Shown here one piece after another: positions 51,276 to 64,000 of a stretch of DNA of 64,000 nucleotides (positions are counted from its first letter, which is position 1; each line of letters opens with the position of its first letter). Source of the stretch: Octopus sinensis (lineage: Eukaryota); the NCBI RefSeq assembly GCF_006345805.1, contig NC_043002.1, positions 4,030,001 through 4,094,000 of the forward strand. Reading direction: 5' to 3'. The translations under genes and the position numbers were made by a program. The notes beneath the pieces were generated by a model that was not told the DNA's origin, did no database searches, and saw only the letters and a program-made list of their open reading frames with translations.

Positions 51276-51468
51276 GATTAAAAAGCAAAGTCATGTAAAC
51301 TCAGAAAGTAGACAGATATATATATATATGTTTAAAGATCTATAATAAATAAATAAACTATTAATGTAATGGTTTATTTATTTTTTGAGATACAACTTCA
51401 ATTATTACAGATCTTTAAATATATATATCTGTCTACTTTCTGAGTTTACATGACTTTGCTTTTTAATC
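51276..51468. repeat. Intronic foldback (~65-bp arms) just downstream of the malectin splice donor
   Basis: gattaaaaagcaaagtcatgtaaactcagaaagtagacagatata...taaagatct pairs with agatctttaaatata...tctgtctactttctgagtttacatgactttgctttttaatc. Confidence 0.85.
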
Positions 51469-51589
51469 TTCGATTGATACTGTATTATATATAAAATCGA
51501 GTGGGAAATACATTCTTGATATGATTCAGTAAAAAGGAGGGGGTAAAAAAATAACAACATAGAAGCCGGTATGGCATGGATGGACGTAC

Positions 51590-51958
51590 CTTTTGGTTGG
51601 GTGATGTGAACCAGACTTCACAGAACTTCAACGTCAATACATAGTCTCCGTCTTCTTTGATAGGAATTTCATAGCCGAAAGTTGATGTGTGATATCTCTC
51701 AGTTTGGTATAGAATCTGGTCTTGGGGAACGATCCTTTGTATCATCAGGTTTTTTCCATAATCAGACGCTATTCCAGTCTTGAGGTAGTCGGCTTGGTAT
51801 CGAATCCCGTGGATGTCGGTGTGGACTCCACCGCCACAGTTCACTGCCCACGTGATTTCGCCTAAGCCCTCGACACAACCAGGGAAGCACAACAAACATA
51901 TAAGACATAGGATGGTAAAAACTGACGAACTTGTCGGACTGCAGAATCGGTGTAGCAT
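51590..51958 (-). CDS. MLEC: Malectin, first coding exon (signal peptide and N-terminal part of the malectin domain)
   Basis: MLHRF...[19 protein letters not shown] (signal peptide) followed by WAVNCGG..HTD.HGI.Y...ASDYG...ILYQTERY...[30 protein letters not shown], matching metazoan malectin; phase-0 donor AAG|GTACGT at 51590/51589. Confidence 0.92.
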
Positions 51959-52434
51959 CTTGGTCAGATTGAAGCCAACATTTTCGACCGCACTAGCTGT
52001 TTTCCTGACACCCACACGATTCGTTCGAACACCCGATCTGCAAACCCGTGGGCCCGGCCAGGAAGGTGAGGTCAACGGCGACACATATGGTTTGCCTGTT
52101 CTCATGTGTTGGCGTCTGGCAGCAGATGTTATTATTGTAGTACCAGCAGTATCTATGGTAGATACAGCCGCAGAATCCGCTGATGTCATGTTAATAATAT
52201 CACTACTGTAGTCTGTATCGTTGCTAACCACACTCTTCGCAATTGGTGTCGATGAATCGGGCCTGGAGTCGCGGCCACTGCTAGACGTCCTCCTCGATTT
52301 CGATGCGATGAACATGTTGGTGCAGGCTTCACTTCGTAACGTCATCTATCTCTTCAGGTCGATCTATATCACTGTTATGTATACATATACGCGTGTGTAG
52401 ATACAAACATATATATATATATATATATACAGCA

Positions 52435-52465
<31 letters not shown>

Positions 52466-52599
52466 TGTGTCTATAAAAGTCTAACAAGCAATGCGTATGT
52501 GAAGTGTGTGAATGAGAAATATCGAGGTTCCAATCGCTAGATTTCTTCTCTGCCTTCAGTCGGTGCTGTTAACAGATGAATCTGACATCCACATGCACT

Positions 52600-53250
52600 C
52601 ACCAGACACACGAGGCTCGGCGAAGCCAAGACACAAACAGGTTTACAACACTTCCACTTTACCTATGGAGCTTCTGAAGCAGATAAAACAAAAATCCTCC
52701 CCCTCCCTCTCTGCCTTTGCCCCCTTTCTATCTCTTTTCTCTCTCTCTCTCTCTCCTTCTCGCCGTCATCGACCTCCTCCTCCTCTCGCTCCCCTTTCTC
52801 TATCTGCCTCTCTCTCTCTCTCTCTCTCTCCAACCCTTCCTCCCTCTCTCTCTCTCTCTCTCAGTGCCGCTCTTACTCTCTCCCCTTTCTCTATCTCTGC
52901 CTCTCTCTCTCTCTCTCTCTCTCAGTGCCGCTCTTACTCTCTCCCCTTCCCGGAAATGACGAGGCGAAGGAAAGGCAGGTAGTGCTAGACCGGCCGGGTT
53001 TCGATGATCGTAAAGACAGATACATATAAATGATATATGTATGCTCATTAATTAACGCACGCTAAGATCACAATCAAAACGTTCATGAAACTAAAATAAA
53101 AGGAAAAAAATTACAATCATATTAATGAAGGAACCGACCTTCAAAATCCGACGAAAAGAGATATCGTTCAAGTCGAAAGTCACACAGTTCATTATCACAA
53201 GCAATCTTGCGTTCGTTTACCCAAAAACGACCCTTTTTACATTTTGTTGG
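52600..53250 (-). promoter_or_regulatory. Probable malectin promoter / 5'UTR region
   Basis: CpG-retaining sequence upstream of the ORF; long CT/GA tract (52690-52950); TTCCCGGAA (52947-52955) overlapping CCGGAAAT; candidate minus-strand donors at 52603 (TG|GTGAGT) and ~52660 (AG|GTAAAG). Confidence 0.45.
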
Positions 53251-54379
53251 TGCAAGATTTATTTTAGAGACAAAAGTATTTAAAATATTGGGAGACGGAA
53301 TTGGACAAATTTGGGCTTTAGGGGAGGTAACTCCCAGTTTTGTACCGGTGTCAGGGGAAAGGGAGTCTACTTATTAAAATTAGCTTGGGAAGATTTTTAT
53401 TTTTGTTATTAATATAAAGAAATTCGTATTATCTCTTGTCCCTTTACGTTCTGAGTTCAAACCCCACCAGAGTTGATTTTGCTTTTTATCTTCCTGGAGT
53501 CAATAAAGCAAGTAGCAGTCAAGTATTGATTCGATCTAATCGCCCGTTCCATCTCTATTATTAACTCTGTGGTAGGACGACAGTGTTCTAAAAACAGTGC
53601 AGATCTACATTAAATTACGACATTTACTTTCCTCTTTACATTCTGAATTCAAATTCTGTCTGTATTGACTTTCGCTTTCATTTCTCTCATGTCAGTAAAA
53701 TAAATCAATCGCTTACACTCCTTCCTCACAAATTTATGTCTTAGTCCAAAGAGAGAGAAATGACTCCTGTTAACAATATTGCCTTGCTTTTCAGATAACT
53801 TCAATAACGTTTATTAATTTCCTCAGATTTGCTTTCTTTCAACTCTAATTTGCTCTTTCTTTTTCTTTTATGTAGAGGTAGGAACGCCTTTGCAAAGTGT
53901 AAAGTATCATTTGTCTCAACCAACCAGGATCACCAATGTGGTCGCTCGACTTGTTAGAAATAGTAACCAAATCTCTTTCAAATCACGTCTTACTGTTTTG
54001 CATATACAAAAAGATTTATTGGACAATGTACTCTTCAATACCAAAAAGAAAAGACAGAACAGTCAAAGCTGTAATGTTTTTGACCAGAGATCTGCTGTAT
54101 AAGGGCTTTTAAGCAACAGTAATAATCAAACGAAATGGTCAATGTTAAAATAATGCTTTTTAACATCTCAGCTTACAAATTTCCGTTTACATTACCTTTG
54201 CAAAAGAAGTGGCACCCACCATACTAATGACATTTTAGATGTAAATTGTTATTCTGCTACAAATATTTTGATGTATCGTTGAGGTATCGTTGAACACGGT
54301 ACTGAATTCCTTTTGGCTCTCTTTCCTATGCCAAAGAATAAGTACCAATCTTCCTGTGTGGTGTATACAGCAGACCTTT

Positions 54380-54860
54380 AAAAGAAACCATTTCAGTCAG
54401 GAAGAAAGGCAGTTCGGTTTCTGTGCCTATCCTTACCGATGGTTGTGAATGTTGTATAATGACTAAAAGAGTAAAACAGCAATTACAAGCGGCTGAAATG
54501 GGGTTTCTCCAAGGGACCTTTTAAGTTATGTTACTCAACAGGAGACCCTCAAAGATATTGGAGAGTCTCTCCATGCTGAACCATTCCTTCTACACATTAA
54601 GAGATCACAGTTCCAGTACTATGGACATGTGGTGAGAATGTCACAGGAAGAGATCACTGAACAAATTCTTTAAGCCACACCAAACAGCAGGAAATCTAGG
54701 AGTAGACCAAGGATAGGATAACTGGACAATATCCATTGTCTCAGATGATCACACTTGGGACTCCAGCAGGAAAGTGTAATGATGGTTACTTCTGATAGGA
54801 CCCAATGGAGGAAGTGTCTGAGGATTTTAACCCCGCTGCTCTACCAGGAATAGTGGAAGG
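54380..54860 (+). mobile_element. Old RTE-like LINE 3' relic
   Basis: PILTDGCEC..MTKRVKQQLQAAEMGFL and EPFLLHIKRSQFQYYGHVVRM fragments. Confidence 0.65.
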
Positions 54861-56706
54861 TAAAAATAGATGGATGGATGGAGGATAAGCAGTACTTGTG
54901 ATCATTTACTGAGTTTCCAAAATTAGTGGGAAAGAGGGAAGATATTATCTCCAAATTAAAGACTCTATTAAAGGCACCAAAGGTGCCATTTGTAGTAGTT
55001 TTGGTGGAGTTAAACAGGAAGACAGATTAAGTCTTCTACGCAAATAGGACAACTACTCCAAGACATTTTCTTTGATGTTCTTACAATTCTTGCAATCCAA
55101 CACTCAGAATTGGTTCTTTTATATTGACCCTGATAGAATGAAAGGTAAAATTGACCATGACAGGATGTGACCTCAGAGTGCAGAGTGTCAGAACAAATAC
55201 CTGTGATTCTGCCATTTTACCCACCTCATCATTATTATTTAATGTCCATGTTCCATGCTGGCATGGATTGGACTTTGTCTCATATAAGTGGCAAATTCAC
55301 AGAGTTCTTGGTTAGACATTTTATTGTTAATAGTTATGCTTATAATTTTTAAACATAATTTACCATAAGTATGAATACATACACAGCAGCTTTGTGTTTT
55401 GTAATAAGTAAAAGAGTTGGTGACAGCCACAACACATCAGGAAACGCATCAGATTCATGCAAACATTGAAAGGCAGGTGTAAAACTATGACAGGGATCAC
55501 TCTTTGATTATAATGGCAATATAACTGTCTGGGTAAGTTACTGGCAAGCCAGCTTTTAGCTTATGTCTTCAAATCTGGCAGAAGCTTCCTGTTGGAATTT
55601 AAAGCAAGCTTCTGTCAGAGATCATCATCATCATCATCATTTAATGTCCGTTTTTCGTGCTAGCATGGATTGGACGGTTCGACTGGGGTCTGGGAAACCA
55701 GAAGGCTGCACCCGGCTCCAGTATGATCTGGCAGTGTTTCTACAGCTGGATGCCCTTCCTAACGCCAACCACTCCAAGTGTGTAGTGGGTGCTTTTTACA
55801 TGCCAGGGGAGGCTGGCAACGGTCATGATCGGTTGGTGGTTTTTACGTGCCACCAACATGGAAGCCAGTTAAGGCGGCACTGGCATCAGCCACATACAGA
55901 AGGTGCTTTTTACGTGTCACCAGCACAGGTGCCAATATTTCCAAAGAAAAGTTTAAACTCATTGATGAATACATATGATCTCAAAAGGTAAAGCAATCAA
56001 CATTATTTATCATGCTAGGATGGGAATATTGTTAGAGAAAGTTTCTTCTTCTTATGATTGGATAATTTTTGTAACACGTCATGTGGAAGGAGTATTTTCT
56101 CAAAGATGAAGAGGCAACTCTTTTAGATAAATAGTATTACAGCATTATAGAACATGTATATGAGAAAGCCATTGCGCCTCCACTTTGCTACTGCTGCTGC
56201 TCTTGATGATAAGAAAGTGATCATGATAATGTTGATGGCGGTCAGAGTAGTAGTGCTGCTGCTGATGATGATGATGATGACAACTTTGGTACTTATTTAA
56301 TTGGCCCCAGAGAGGGTTATCCTTTTTTATTTTATCCCTTTCCAAGTAGCCTTACATTGGATTTAGAAGTCAACAATATCAAAAGCCAAATGAGACTTTA
56401 TATATATAATGAAATTATTGTATACAGTGCTCAGGTGCACCACAACATGGTTGCTCAACCTGCAAGAAACAGCAGCCAAATATCTCTTGAATCATAATTT
56501 ACTGTCTTAAATTATGAGAGAAGATATTCGTTAATGTAATTAGTTGTATACTATACCCTCTACACACACACACACAAAGAAAAGGAAAAAAAAAGACTGG
56601 ATTGTCAGAGCCAGAATGTCTTTGATCACAGGGGTCTTCTCATTCAAAATTCGGTCTGAGATCCAAACCACAACAGCAACAGAATTCTTCATAATTTCAT
56701 TATGAG

Positions 56707-56766
56707 TGTCCAATTCCCATTTGTCCAATTCCCATTTGTCCAATTCCCATTTGTCCAATTCCCATT
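56707..56766. repeat. Perfect 15-bp tandem repeat x4 (tgtccaattcccatt)
   Basis: Directly visible; gives the KWELD x4 pseudo-peptide. Confidence 0.95.
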
Positions 56767-57712
56767 TCCTCATCAAACTGAAATAGGGATTCAGAGGATA
56801 AAAAAAAAACAACACAGAATTACAGTCATATACCATTAGTTCAACTGAGTCGGGGGGGGGGGGAGGTTAGAGTCAGCTGATGCCGGCCACCCTATTCCCC
56901 CATCTCCCACCCTGTAAAAGTTGACCTTGTTCCCTAAAGAAGAAATCAATATTACACATAATCTCACTATTCTAGTGGTGCATAAAAAAAATCTATTTTT
57001 TCATTTGATTTAATATGTTTTCCCTTTTTTCTCTTATTTTTTCTTTTCTTCTGTCTGTTGGTCATATATATATTTCCCCCATTCCTTAATATGATGTACT
57101 CACATATTTTGTTTTGTTTTTGTTTTGTTGCTTTTGGTGTTTTTTTTCTTTTCAGGGGGAGGGGTTTTAGTAATCCTTTTGGATGAGTTCTATTAATATA
57201 GATAATCCCATTGATGTTACTTTGAAAAAAAAAAGTTGAGCCTAGATGTTGTTACTGTTGTTATTATTGTTGTTGTTTTCTAGATTATTTTATTTTATTT
57301 TATTTTGTTTTTTTTTCTTAACTTTAATCCTTTAACTCTAATCGTTACACCATCATTTAATACGACCACATCCATGCAGGTATGTCTTTTATGTCCCTCT
57401 CTCAGCTGAGAAGTCCATGTTTCGAGGGTGCACCAGTGCCATCTAAAAGCACCCATACTGGTGCCATATAAGAGTGCCAAAGTGCCCCTGCCAGTGTCAC
57501 GTAAAACTGCTCATACTGGTGCCATGTACAAAGCACCAATTACAACCTATGAAGTGGTGGGCATTAGGAAAGGCATGCAACAGTAAAAGCCATGTCAAAA
57601 CCAACAAGAATCTGGGCAGTTCTGTAGCTGGCCAGCTCCTGTCAAACTGTCCAACCCATGCCAGCAATGAAAATGGACACTAAATAATGATGGTGATGAT
57701 GATTATAATGAT

Positions 57713-58083
57713 ACTAGTACTATGACCCGGCAACGCCAGGTCATAGTGCTAGTGCATGCATATACAGCTGTGTGCATGCGCACATACACGAGGGCACTGT
57801 CCAAATCTCCAACCAATCACATACAGCTAGCTGGCATTCAATTGGCGTATCAAGTTTCGGGAATTTTGATTGGGTTTTGGATAGAAAATTCACAAAAAAG
57901 TCACTTCTATTGATTTTTTTAATGACTTTGTAGGGTGACTGGGGAAATGTAAAGATGTGCTCGACCACCCTTGGACGGTTTTGAATGACCATAGAAAGTA
58001 TGAGCCCTCTAACTGAAAAATTTTGGATTTGTATAAAGGACACACACACACACAGACATTTTGCCGTTTATATATATAGAGAT
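57713..58083 (+). mobile_element. Helitron/Helentron-type non-autonomous element (second family)
   Basis: 5' actagtactatgacccggcaacgccaggtcatagtgctagt hairpin; 3' ...gccgtttatatatatagagat. Confidence 0.55.
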
Positions 58084-59979
58084 ACTACAATTCTTACAAT
58101 ACGTCTGTCATAAAATATTTTAACTTTATTTCAAATAGTATCTTGGTTTCTTCCACAAATATATATACAAGGCACATGCAGATACACACACATATATACA
58201 TATATCCATACTCAAATTCACACATACGTACGCACATACATACTTGCCCAAGTTTCAAGTTCAGTCCCACTTCATGGCACCTTGGGCAAGTGTGTTCTAC
58301 AATAGCCTTGGACTGACTAAAGCCTTGAGTGTGGATTTGGCAAACAGAAACTAAATGAAGCCTGTTGTACATGTGTGTGTGTGTGTGTATAACTTTATGT
58401 CTGTGTTTGTCCACCACCACCACTTGACAATTGGTGGTGGTTTGTTTACATCCCTGTAACTTAGTGATTTGGCAAAAGAGACTGACAGAATAAATACCAG
58501 GCTTTCAAAAATAAGCCCTGGTGTCAATTTGTTTGACTAAAACCCTTCAAGGTAGTGCCCCAGCATGACCACAGTCAAATGACTGAAACAAATAAAAGAT
58601 ATTTACCAAAGCTCCATCCACACAGTCAGGCAGCGTCTGGTGAGCAAACACGAAATTGCTGCTATCAGGGAAGATTGGCAGAAAAACCAGCAGAGCGTTC
58701 ATGCCTGTCATTGTGCAAAATCATCTGACAATTATTATCGTTTAACGTCCGCCTTCCATGCTAGCACGGGTTGGACGATTTTGCTTGAGGGCTGACGAAC
58801 CAGATGGCTGCACCAGGCTCCAATCTTGATTTGGCAGAGTTTCTACAGCTGGATGCCCTTCCTAATGTCAACCACTCTGAGAGTGTAGTGGGTGCTTTTT
58901 ACGTGCCACCGGCACGGGGGCCAGTCAGGCAGTGCTGGCACTGACCTCACTTGAATCTTTTTACACATGCCACCGGCACAGGTGCCAGTAAGAAGACGCT
59001 GGTAATGATCACGCTCGAATGGATGCCTCCTACGTGCCATCGGCACGGAAGCCAGTTGGCTGCTCTGGCAACGATCATGCTCAGATGGTGCTCTTGGCAC
59101 CCTACTAGCATGGGCACAAGTGCCAGTAAGGCGACTCTGGTAACGATCACACTCGAATGGTGCCTTTTATGTGCCACTGGCACGGAATCCGCTCTTCCAG
59201 GCAGCTTGCAGTCCAGTGTTATTTTCACTTTAACTGCCCTGCAATTATTCATATGATACACTATGATCTTCATACCACAGCCAAACCCTTTAAAATATTT
59301 ATCACTTCTTTATTATTAATAGAAATGTTTTGCCAATACTAAGCACTACATAATTTGAGTCTCTTTTCTCAACAAGCGTTTTGCTGTTTATATTTAGTTA
59401 CTTGAGTTGATAAAAAAAAACACAACAGTTGCTGAAAATTTTACACAAATTTTATGCAACATATGTATAATTGTAAAAGCAAGATGAACATGGTTCCTTG
59501 AAATGATTGAGGGTGGATCTCTGATAATTTGTTTTTCCTTTTTCTTTTTGATAATGAGTAGGATAAGTGAAATGCTCTCAATTCTATGAAATTTTCACCA
59601 TGTTGCCTTGTTTCCACCAGCTTCCCAGTTTACTGGGACACTTAAGCTGTTGAATAACTTTAGGATTTTTACTGTCTTATTTTCTGCTGTTGGTTATGAC
59701 GACAAGGGTTCCAGTCGATCCAATCTGCAAAGCAACCTGCTTGTGGAACTCACATGCACATGACTGAGCCCTCCACAAGTACTTTTAACATGGTTCTCTG
59801 GGAGATTCAGCATGGGACAAGATGGGATAAGGCTGACCCTTTGAAACAAGGTACGACTCATTTTTGCCAGTTGAGTGAACTGGAACAACATGAGGTAAAG
59901 CATCTTGCTCAAGGATATGACATCCCACTCGGTAGCCAGCTCAAATACACTAACCACTAAGCCACCGCCTTCACTGTCT

Positions 59980-60390
59980 TATTCTCTTTTTTTTTTTTGC
60001 TTATTTCAGTCATTTGACTGCGGCCATGCTGGAGCACCACCTGTAGTCGAGCAACTCGACCCCGGGACTTATTCTTTATACACCCAGTACTTATTCTATC
60101 GATCTCTTTTGCCGAACCGCTAAGTGACGGGGACGTAAACACACCAGCATCGGTTGTCAAGCAATGCTAGGGGAACAAACACAGACACACAAACACACAC
60201 ATACATATATATATATATACATATATACGACAGGCTTCTTTCAGTTTCCGTCTACCAAATCCACTCACAAGGCATTGGTCGGCCCGGGGCTATAGCAGAA
60301 GACACTTGCCCAAGATGCCACGCATTGGAACTGAACCCGGAACCATGTGGTTGGTTAGCAAGCTACTTACCACACAGCCACTCCTGCGCC
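59980..60390 (-). mobile_element. tRNA-derived SINE, family B
   Basis: Reverse complement of the consensus; further minus copies at ~61500-61890 and ~62530-62935, and a partial plus copy at ~58240-58600. Confidence 0.85.
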
Positions 60391-60924
60391 TATTATTCAT
60401 CATTTACTGACACCCACCACCCTCTCTTACCATTGCACACCTTTATTGCTATCTTCCAACCCTTCTCTCTTTCGTACACTTTTTCTTTCCTAATCCCTTC
60501 TTAACATAGATCACCCCCATAACTTCCTTTACTCTACTCTTCATCTATTTTGTACCCCCCCCCCCAGGCCTCAACATGTGGTTACCCATCACCTCACTGC
60601 ATTCTCTGCAATCACATTCATTCTGCCTTACTCACCTGTCACACCTGTATCCTTTCTTCTGTTCATGTTCTCGTTTTTTTTTCTGCATTGAATGAATGGA
60701 GACAACTTGGAGTAGAGCAATAATTACGAATAGGCACTGATTCAAATCATGACAACCCATCCAACCCATTCCAGCTCGGAAAGCTGGTGTAAAATGATGA
60801 TGATGGCGGAGGTGGTGGTGGTGACAACAACAACAGCACCAATGACAATGACGATGATGATGACAATGATAATGATAGTGGTGATGATGGTGGTGGTGGT
60901 GGTGGTGGTGATAATATCTTCGTT

Positions 60925-62510
60925 CTTTCCTTGAAATCTGCTCCCAATTTCTTGATTTCTTGAGTAAGTGTATCCAAAAACGTGGAACTTCTCTGAAATC
61001 TTTGATGGTTAATTTGTTGTTACACCTGAACTTTGCTGACGAGTTTTTCAATCAGATTTAAGCAGAAGTTTCCTCTGAAGCTGAATATCTTGAACGTGTT
61101 GAGTTATGTTCTGATATATATTTAATTCTTTTCCAATTTTCTTCTACTCATCTTCCTCTTAGCTTCACCATCAATGATTGTACAGGCAGCTAGAAGAACT
61201 TGTGAGGCAGCAGTTTGTCTCCTAGAAAACCGATTTAGCAGTTTCAAAGCAAAGAAAAAACATCCAGAAATAATACAATGTAAACAGCATTGCTGAATCT
61301 GGTTGAGTAGTTTCACATCTTGATTGGAAAATGTCCCAGAGCCATAAATACCTTCGTTAATATTTACAGAGCGGTTTCTCTGTAGCTCTGGCTTGTGGGA
61401 TCAGAGAACTTCTTCAGTTCTTGAGCACAAAACCCAAAATAGATGCAAAGTTGAAACATGCCACATAACTTGATATTGAAATGAAACTAACTCTTCTACT
61501 ATGTTTTTATCTTTTATCTGTTTCAATCATTAGACTGTGGCCATGCTGGGGCACCGCCTTGAAGAACTTTTAGCTGAATTAATTAACTCCAGTACTTATT
61601 TTTTTCTTTAAGCCTTGTACTTATTATATTGGGGCATAAACAAACCAACACCAGTTGTCAAGTGGTGGTGTTGGGGGGATAAACACATATACACACACAC
61701 ACATACACACACACACACACACATGCGATTGGCTTTTTTAAGTTTTCATTTACCAAATCCACTTACAAGACTTTGGTTGGCCCAAGGCTATAACAAAAAA
61801 CACTTGCCCAAGGGGCCACACAGTGGAACTGAACTCAGAACCATGTGGTTGTGAAGCAAGTTTCTTACCACACAGCCATGCCTGCGCTAAGTAGAAAAAT
61901 ACGGAATGCTTCACAAATTTGCATGTTGTCTTTATCAAAAATGAAAAACAAAAATCGGGAAAATAGTTTGATTTTGAATTTTCCACAAGCAGAAGGCCTC
62001 GGGCGGTGCGCATGGCAGTAAATATATAAAACTATTTCATTGTAGAGAAAAATCTTTGACTGAAGTCTCTTTTACAATCCATTCATATTACCAGCCTTAC
62101 TATCATAGACCAAGTTCTTCAAGTGCTTTCTGTCTGAAAAACCATTTCTTTTCAAAGAGTCATTCTCTCCAGTTCTCCACTGGTTACAGATGCTACAAGT
62201 ACACCAAGTTCTTCAATGAAATGTTCTTTGATTTCATTATTTGACACATAGAATATGGACATAGAAGCCAGTTCAGTGTGGACAAACATCTGTAGTCTCA
62301 TCAAAAAGAAATGAATATACTGTTGCTGACTTGTCTTTATTTGATATTGATTTTCTTCCATAAATACTGAAAAACTTGATTATGCCATTCTGAATATCGT
62401 TTGAAAACATTGACACCAGTGATTCCATTTTCGACGAGGTACATTGTGCCATATCTCGATGGTTGCTGTTAACACTGTCACATTTATCAAACAGTTGGAC
62501 CTGTTCAAAG
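60925..62510 (-). mobile_element. hAT transposase relic (ZMYM1/DUF4371-like), split by a SINE
   Basis: Frameshifted minus translation: QANFFEQVQLFD..., YSFLFDETTDV, FYVSNNEIKEHF, later CIISGCFFFALKLL and FLDTLTQEIKK, which follow the order of hAT transposase blocks. Confidence 0.6.
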
Positions 62511-63483
62511 AAGTTTGCTTGGTTTTCTTTTCCATTTTTCTTTTCTGTCTTTTACTGCTTTCAGTCATTAGACTGGGGCCACCATGAAACCATGAGAATT
62601 TTAGTTGAGTGAATAGACTCCAGTAATTATTTTTTTAAAGCCTGGTGCTTCTATCAGTCTCTTTTGCTGAACTGCTATGTCGCTGGAATGCTAACACACC
62701 AACACTGATTATCAAGCAGTTGTGCATAACAAACACAGATACAAATATAAGCACACACACTCACACACATACATACAACAATTTTCTTCCAGTTCCCCTC
62801 TATTGAATCCACTCACAAGGCTTTGGCCTGAGGCAATAGCAAAAAACACTTGTCTAAGATGTCACAAAATGGGAGTGAACCCAGAGCCATTTGGTCTGGA
62901 AGCAAACTTCTTACCATACAGCCATGCCTGCACCTTTTGTGGAGAGGAAAAGTATAAAGAAAACATACTAAAATATCAGGCATAATAGATTGTTGTTTGA
63001 CAAATTAAGATGAATTAAGATAAATATTTCAGGACATTGTTACAAATGCAGCTGTTTTCGTGACTTTTTTTCTCAATTTCTCACATTTTCAGACCTTCTG
63101 ATACACTTTCGAACATACTTTGGCGGGGGGGGGGGGGCAATGGATTAATTATTTTCTTGGGTACAGTATCCCCTGCACTTTGGTTACCTAAAGATATGGG
63201 ACTTCACACTTATGGAAATAGTAAAGTATGACCGTTAATTTCAGGAAAGGGTGTAAAATTTTGCCCTTATGGAAACTTAGACTTTAACAATTTAAAAACA
63301 ACACTTTCTTCTTAGCCAAAAAGCCAGTTCTTGGCATTTTAACAAACAATTTGAAAAATTATAATACAAAAAAAGCACATATATACATACATAAATGCAT
63401 GTGTGTATATGTTTTTATTATAGTTTTTCAAATTGTTTGCTATAATTTAATCTTAGCTAAAAGACCCAGAACTGGCCTCTGGG

Positions 63484-63529
<46 letters not shown>

Positions 63530-63861
63530 TGAGTATGTGTGAGGCATAATAGACTATTGTTTGACAAATTAAGATAAATGTTGTATGTATGTGTGTGAGT
63601 GTGTGTGTGTGTCTATGTGTGCATGAGTGTGTGCATATGTGTGTGATTGTGTGTATGTGAGTGTGTATATGTGTGTGTGTATATGTGTGTGTGTGTGCAT
63701 GAGTGCATATGCATGTGCATACAAGTATTCGTGTATGCATCACTATAAACTCTTACAGTGTGTGAGGGGGAATTTTTCACTGTAAATATTTGTGTGTGTA
63801 TGTATTTTGGGGGGGTTACACTGTCTGTCTATATAAATATCTGTTTGTCATCATCATCACC

Positions 63862-63893
<32 letters not shown>

Positions 63894-64000
63894 CATTGTC
63901 GTCGTCGCCGCCACCACCACCACCATCATCATCATCATTCTTTAACGTCTGTTTTCCATGCTGACATGGGTTGAATCGTTTGATCAGAGCTGGCAAGGCT

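Noticed and set aside
52512-53048. 156-aa, 80-aa and 82-aa ORFs upstream of malectin
   Set aside because: Dominated by (CT)n/(GA)n translation.
55492-55531. 39-nt frame GSLFDYNGNITVW before GG|GTAAGT
   Set aside because: Acceptor lacks a pyrimidine tract and no partner exons were found.

Overview
AT-rich, repeat-dense eukaryotic DNA. The repeat families (RTE LINE tails ending in (GAT)n, several tRNA-derived SINEs, abundant CA/TA/AAT/GATA microsatellites) point to an octopod cephalopod; this is an inference, not a database match. The only securely identified host gene is malectin (MLEC) on the minus strand: its first coding exon (51590-51958) encodes a signal peptide and the N-terminal part of the malectin domain. 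That exon is preceded by 129 open in-frame codons and a CpG/CT-rich promoter-like region. I found no downstream malectin exon, so most of the window is probably one very large intron or intergenic DNA. It is filled with a young 5'-truncated RTE LINE whose RT carries an inserted PHD finger, about 25 RTE 3'-tail copies, a DD36E Tc1 element, mariner, Tigger and hAT relics, an R4/Dong-type fragment, Helentron-like elements and MITEs. The most unusual structure is a 448-bp palindromic retro-insertion (25477-25924, 15-bp TSD): a tRNA-like core whose acceptor stem extends into inverted arms carrying Penelope-type minimal hammerhead ribozymes. Almost all listed short ORFs are artefacts of microsatellites or repeats. 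Boundaries of degenerate repeats are approximate.
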